IMG/VR virus record: IMGVR_UViG_3300037502_002383
Coordinates: 1 to 59,846 of that record
Length of the DNA stretch: 59,846 nt
Reading direction: 5' to 3' (one strand)
Origin: a virus
Lineage: Duplodnaviria > Caudoviricetes
Positions 57,725 through 59,846 of this stretch are shown here, piece by piece (within the stretch, counting starts at the first letter, position 1; the number at the start of each line of letters is the position of its first letter). Position numbers and translations under genes: made by a program. The notes beneath the pieces were generated by a model. The model was not told where the DNA came from and did not search any database. It saw nothing but the letters and a program-made list of their open reading frames with translations.

Positions 57725-58029
57725 GCGGCCTCCTTGCGGAAGATCCCGTCCTCGCCCAGCGTGCCCTTGCGGTCCTTGATCTCAGTGTAGGCCGACTCCA
57801 GGCAGCTCACCAGATCGACGTCGGCCAGCGCGGCGCCGACGATGAGCGTGACCAGCACGTCGCCGTAGGCGTCCACCATCTCTGCGCGGTCGCCCTTGTG
57901 GATGGCGCCGATCAGCTCGGTCACCTCTTCCAAGGTCTTGATGGCCTGGGCCATCGGCGTGGAGCGGGGCACGATCTTGCGATCCTCCGCCCAGCGGATC
58001 ACTTCCAACTCCAACTCTCTGTAGCTCAT
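57721..58029 (-). CDS. MazG-like nucleotide pyrophosphohydrolase
   Basis: WAEDR...KTLEEVTEL...DAYGDVLVTL...AYTEIKDRKG. Confidence 0.85.
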   Translation of the reverse strand: MSYRELELEVIRWAEDRKIVPRSTPMAQAIKTLEEVTELIGAIHKGDRAEMVDAYGDVLVTLIVGAALADVDLVSCLESAYTEIKDRKGTLGEDGIFRKEAA

Positions 58030-58262
58030 CGCGAGTCCTCCTTCATCTCGATCAGTGGCACCACTTCCCAGTCGCCCCGCGCAGCCATGGCCGCGACGTG
58101 CTCGTACTCGTCGGTCACCCGCCAGCGCGATCCCGGCAACTTGTCGGGGTGGATGCGAAAGCGCCAGGCCACCGGCTGCGGCAGCAGCCCGAGAGCAGCG
58201 CACTCGCATTCACCGTCACCGCCGTAGGGTGCCCAGCAAGTACCGCAGACTGTCCTGCTCAT
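58026..58262 (-). CDS. Hypothetical protein
   Basis: CGTC...CEC and QPVAWR motifs. Confidence 0.65.
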   Translation of the reverse strand: MSRTVCGTCWAPYGGDGECECAALGLLPQPVAWRFRIHPDKLPGSRWRVTDEYEHVAAMAARGDWEVVPLIEMKEDSR

Positions 58263-58906
58263 CCCTCACCCCTCTCGTCGTAGGTCACCGTCGAGGTGTC
58301 GCCCAGCCTCCACTTCGCGGTGTTCTCCACGCGGTAGGTCCGGGTGCACACCTTGAAGTCGGGCATGCGCAGCTCGCTGTGCGTGATCGCCGGGTCGAAG
58401 AACCTGCAGCGATTGTTGGGCTGCAACGCGAACTGGCCATTGTCCAAGCGCAACAGGTTGAAGCTCTTGTGCTCCTCCGGTGTCTCGCTGAACCCGAAGT
58501 CGGGGATGCGCGGGTCGGGGTTGCAGCTGTCGATCGTCAGCATGTACTCGCCCTGGTGCAGGCACTTGTCCTTGCCGAAGAACTCGGCGCGCAGGCCTTT
58601 CAAGAACGGCTTGTCGACCACCTCGATGTGGTAGCTCATGCAGTCCCAGATCTGCAGGACGTCGAGCGGGAGGTCACTGCCAAACCTGCCAAACCTGCGC
58701 CAGTAGAACGCTGAGATCGGCAGCTTGTCGTACAACGCACCGTACTGCGGCAGGTAGGTCTCAAACCGGAAGGCCTGGCCCCGGATCGACTTGACGCTGA
58801 CCCACACGCCTTCGATGAGCGGCGCGTCTTTGTCGCAATCGAAGTCGTACAAGTACTCGGGACGCACCAACACCTTCTCAGGCGGCAGAGGACAGACGAA
58901 GCTCAT
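58259..58906 (-). CDS. Conserved phage protein of unknown function
   Basis: VRPEYLYD...GALYDKLPISAF...QIWDC...EHK...NGQFALQPNNR. Confidence 0.75.
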   Translation of the reverse strand: MSFVCPLPPEKVLVRPEYLYDFDCDKDAPLIEGVWVSVKSIRGQAFRFETYLPQYGALYDKLPISAFYWRRFGRFGSDLPLDVLQIWDCMSYHIEVVDKPFLKGLRAEFFGKDKCLHQGEYMLTIDSCNPDPRIPDFGFSETPEEHKSFNLLRLDNGQFALQPNNRCRFFDPAITHSELRMPDFKVCTRTYRVENTAKWRLGDTSTVTYDERGEG

Positions 58907-59199
58907 GCTTGCCTCCCGATCTCAGCCGCAGCCCTGACGATGGCGCGTCGGGTGGCGGCGTAGGGGTCGTTTCCAAAGACTTCAACGGCTCCGCGTCCGC
59001 AGTTTGCACCGACTTTTTCACCGTCGAAATTGACACCCATCTTCAACTTCACCGCCAGCCGCAGCGCATCGCCGTCGTCGGTGAGGGGGTTCCAAGGAGT
59101 CCAGCCCATTTCAGCGCGGATTCGTGGCGTGTCATGAATCCATCCGAATTCAATCCCCGCCGCCTTCGCAGCATCCTCAAGCAGTTCGCGGTCAGTCAT
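58903..59199 (-). CDS. Hypothetical phage protein
   Basis: MTDRELLE.AAKAAG...WNPLTDDGDALRLAVKL...TRRAIVRAAAEIG. Confidence 0.75.
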   Translation of the reverse strand: MTDRELLEDAAKAAGIEFGWIHDTPRIRAEMGWTPWNPLTDDGDALRLAVKLKMGVNFDGEKVGANCGRGAVEVFGNDPYAATRRAIVRAAAEIGRQA

Positions 59200-59315
59200 A
59201 GGACATTCCACCCCAACAGAAACAGCTTCCAGTAGGCCTTGAGGACGAACCCCACGACCGCGATCAGTGCCGCCACGCCGAAGCCGAACGCAGCGACCGA
59301 CAAGATTCTCTCCAT
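59196..59315 (-). CDS. Small membrane protein
   Basis: 39 aa, hydrophobic. Confidence 0.55.
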   Translation of the reverse strand: MERILSVAAFGFGVAALIAVVGFVLKAYWKLFLLGWNVL

Positions 59316-59467
59316 CACTTGGTCTTCTCCTTCTTGACTGGCGGGTGCACCACCTCGCGGGTGGTGAACCGATGCAGGTTGGCGCACTCGTAGCGCCGCC
59401 GGGTGTAGCCCGCGAGCTTGCGCGTCTCCAGCACCTCGGTCCAAGTTCCACAGGTCGGGCACTTCAT
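59315..59467 (-). CDS. NrdR-N-like zinc ribbon protein
   Basis: MKCPTCG...VLETR...RRRYECANLHRFTTRE. Confidence 0.75.
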   Translation of the reverse strand: MKCPTCGTWTEVLETRKLAGYTRRRYECANLHRFTTREVVHPPVKKEKTK

Positions 59468-59625
59468 GGCAGCCAGAGCGCAATGACAACGGCCGCGAGG
59501 AACGCGACGACGGTCAGCGTGACCGCCACTAGGAATCCGCTGAGCACCTTGTCAGCGCACTCCTCCTGGCAGCCCTCGGTGCAGGGCTCACGGCCCTGCT
59601 GGCACGACGTCCCGCGGCACCTCAT
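59464..59625 (-). CDS. Small Cys-rich membrane-anchored protein
   Basis: C...CQQGR.PC...C followed by a TM helix. Confidence 0.6.
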   Translation of the reverse strand: MRCRGTSCQQGREPCTEGCQEECADKVLSGFLVAVTLTVVAFLAAVVIALWLP

Positions 59626-59846
59626 TTGCGCCCCCGCAGAACTGGCCTGCGCACGGCCGGCCGGCGCAGGCTCTCCAGCCACTCCTGCACATCGGCTTCC
59701 AACCACATCACCGCCTTGGTGCCGGGCACCACGAGGCGAGGTGGCAATGTCTCGGGACGCCGGGACACGTCGGACTTCAGCGTAGCCACGCTGCGCCCGA
59801 GCAGCGCGGCCAGGTCGCTCACGGTCAGGGTCTTGAGGGTTGTCAT
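59622..59846 (-). CDS. AlpA-like HTH regulator / candidate excisionase
   Basis: LTVSDLAALLGRSVATL...LPPR...WLEADVQEWL. Confidence 0.8.
   Translation of the reverse strand: MTTLKTLTVSDLAALLGRSVATLKSDVSRRPETLPPRLVVPGTKAVMWLEADVQEWLESLRRPAVRRPVLRGRK

Larger units (their letters stand above)
1..59846. mobile_element. Temperate tailed bacteriophage genome (podovirus-like), non-integrated form
   Basis: All recognisable genes are phage-type (terminase, portal, capsid, tail, lysis, integrase, repressor). No host housekeeping genes. attP is intact inside the window. Confidence 0.95.

Overview
The window is a GC-rich temperate tailed phage genome, complete or nearly so. It looks podovirus-type: an N4-gp56-family capsid, adaptor and nozzle tail tube genes, ejection proteins, and no tape-measure or sheath gene. 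The order is a leftward early operon (PAPS-reductase-family gene, C5 DNA methyltransferase, DUF2815 SSB, DUF2800 nuclease), a cI/cro switch, small ORFs, primase-VirE helicase, a putative origin, VRR-NUC, SNF2 and a Q-like gene. Next come a leftward cluster of small genes, then terminase, portal, scaffold, HNH, capsid, tail, fibre, lysis and ejection genes. The right end carries an intact attP (tRNA 3'-end core), a tyrosine integrase and a convergent early operon (MazG-like, AlpA-like). Five observations stand out. (1) A giant polyvalent ejection protein appears split in two around a 7-gene structural cassette. (2) It carries a lower-GC cargo block with SAM-lyase-like and HhH-glycosylase-like motifs and an overprinted ORF with its own RBS. 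(3) The methyltransferase is frameshifted at a G8 tract and contains a nested alternative-frame ORF reminiscent of M.EcoHK31I-beta. (4) A virion protein has 13 x 10-aa and 13 x 22-aa repeats whose charged variants co-vary. (5) Small early genes are joined by repeated junction sequences. All family assignments come from motif recognition by eye; no database searches were run.
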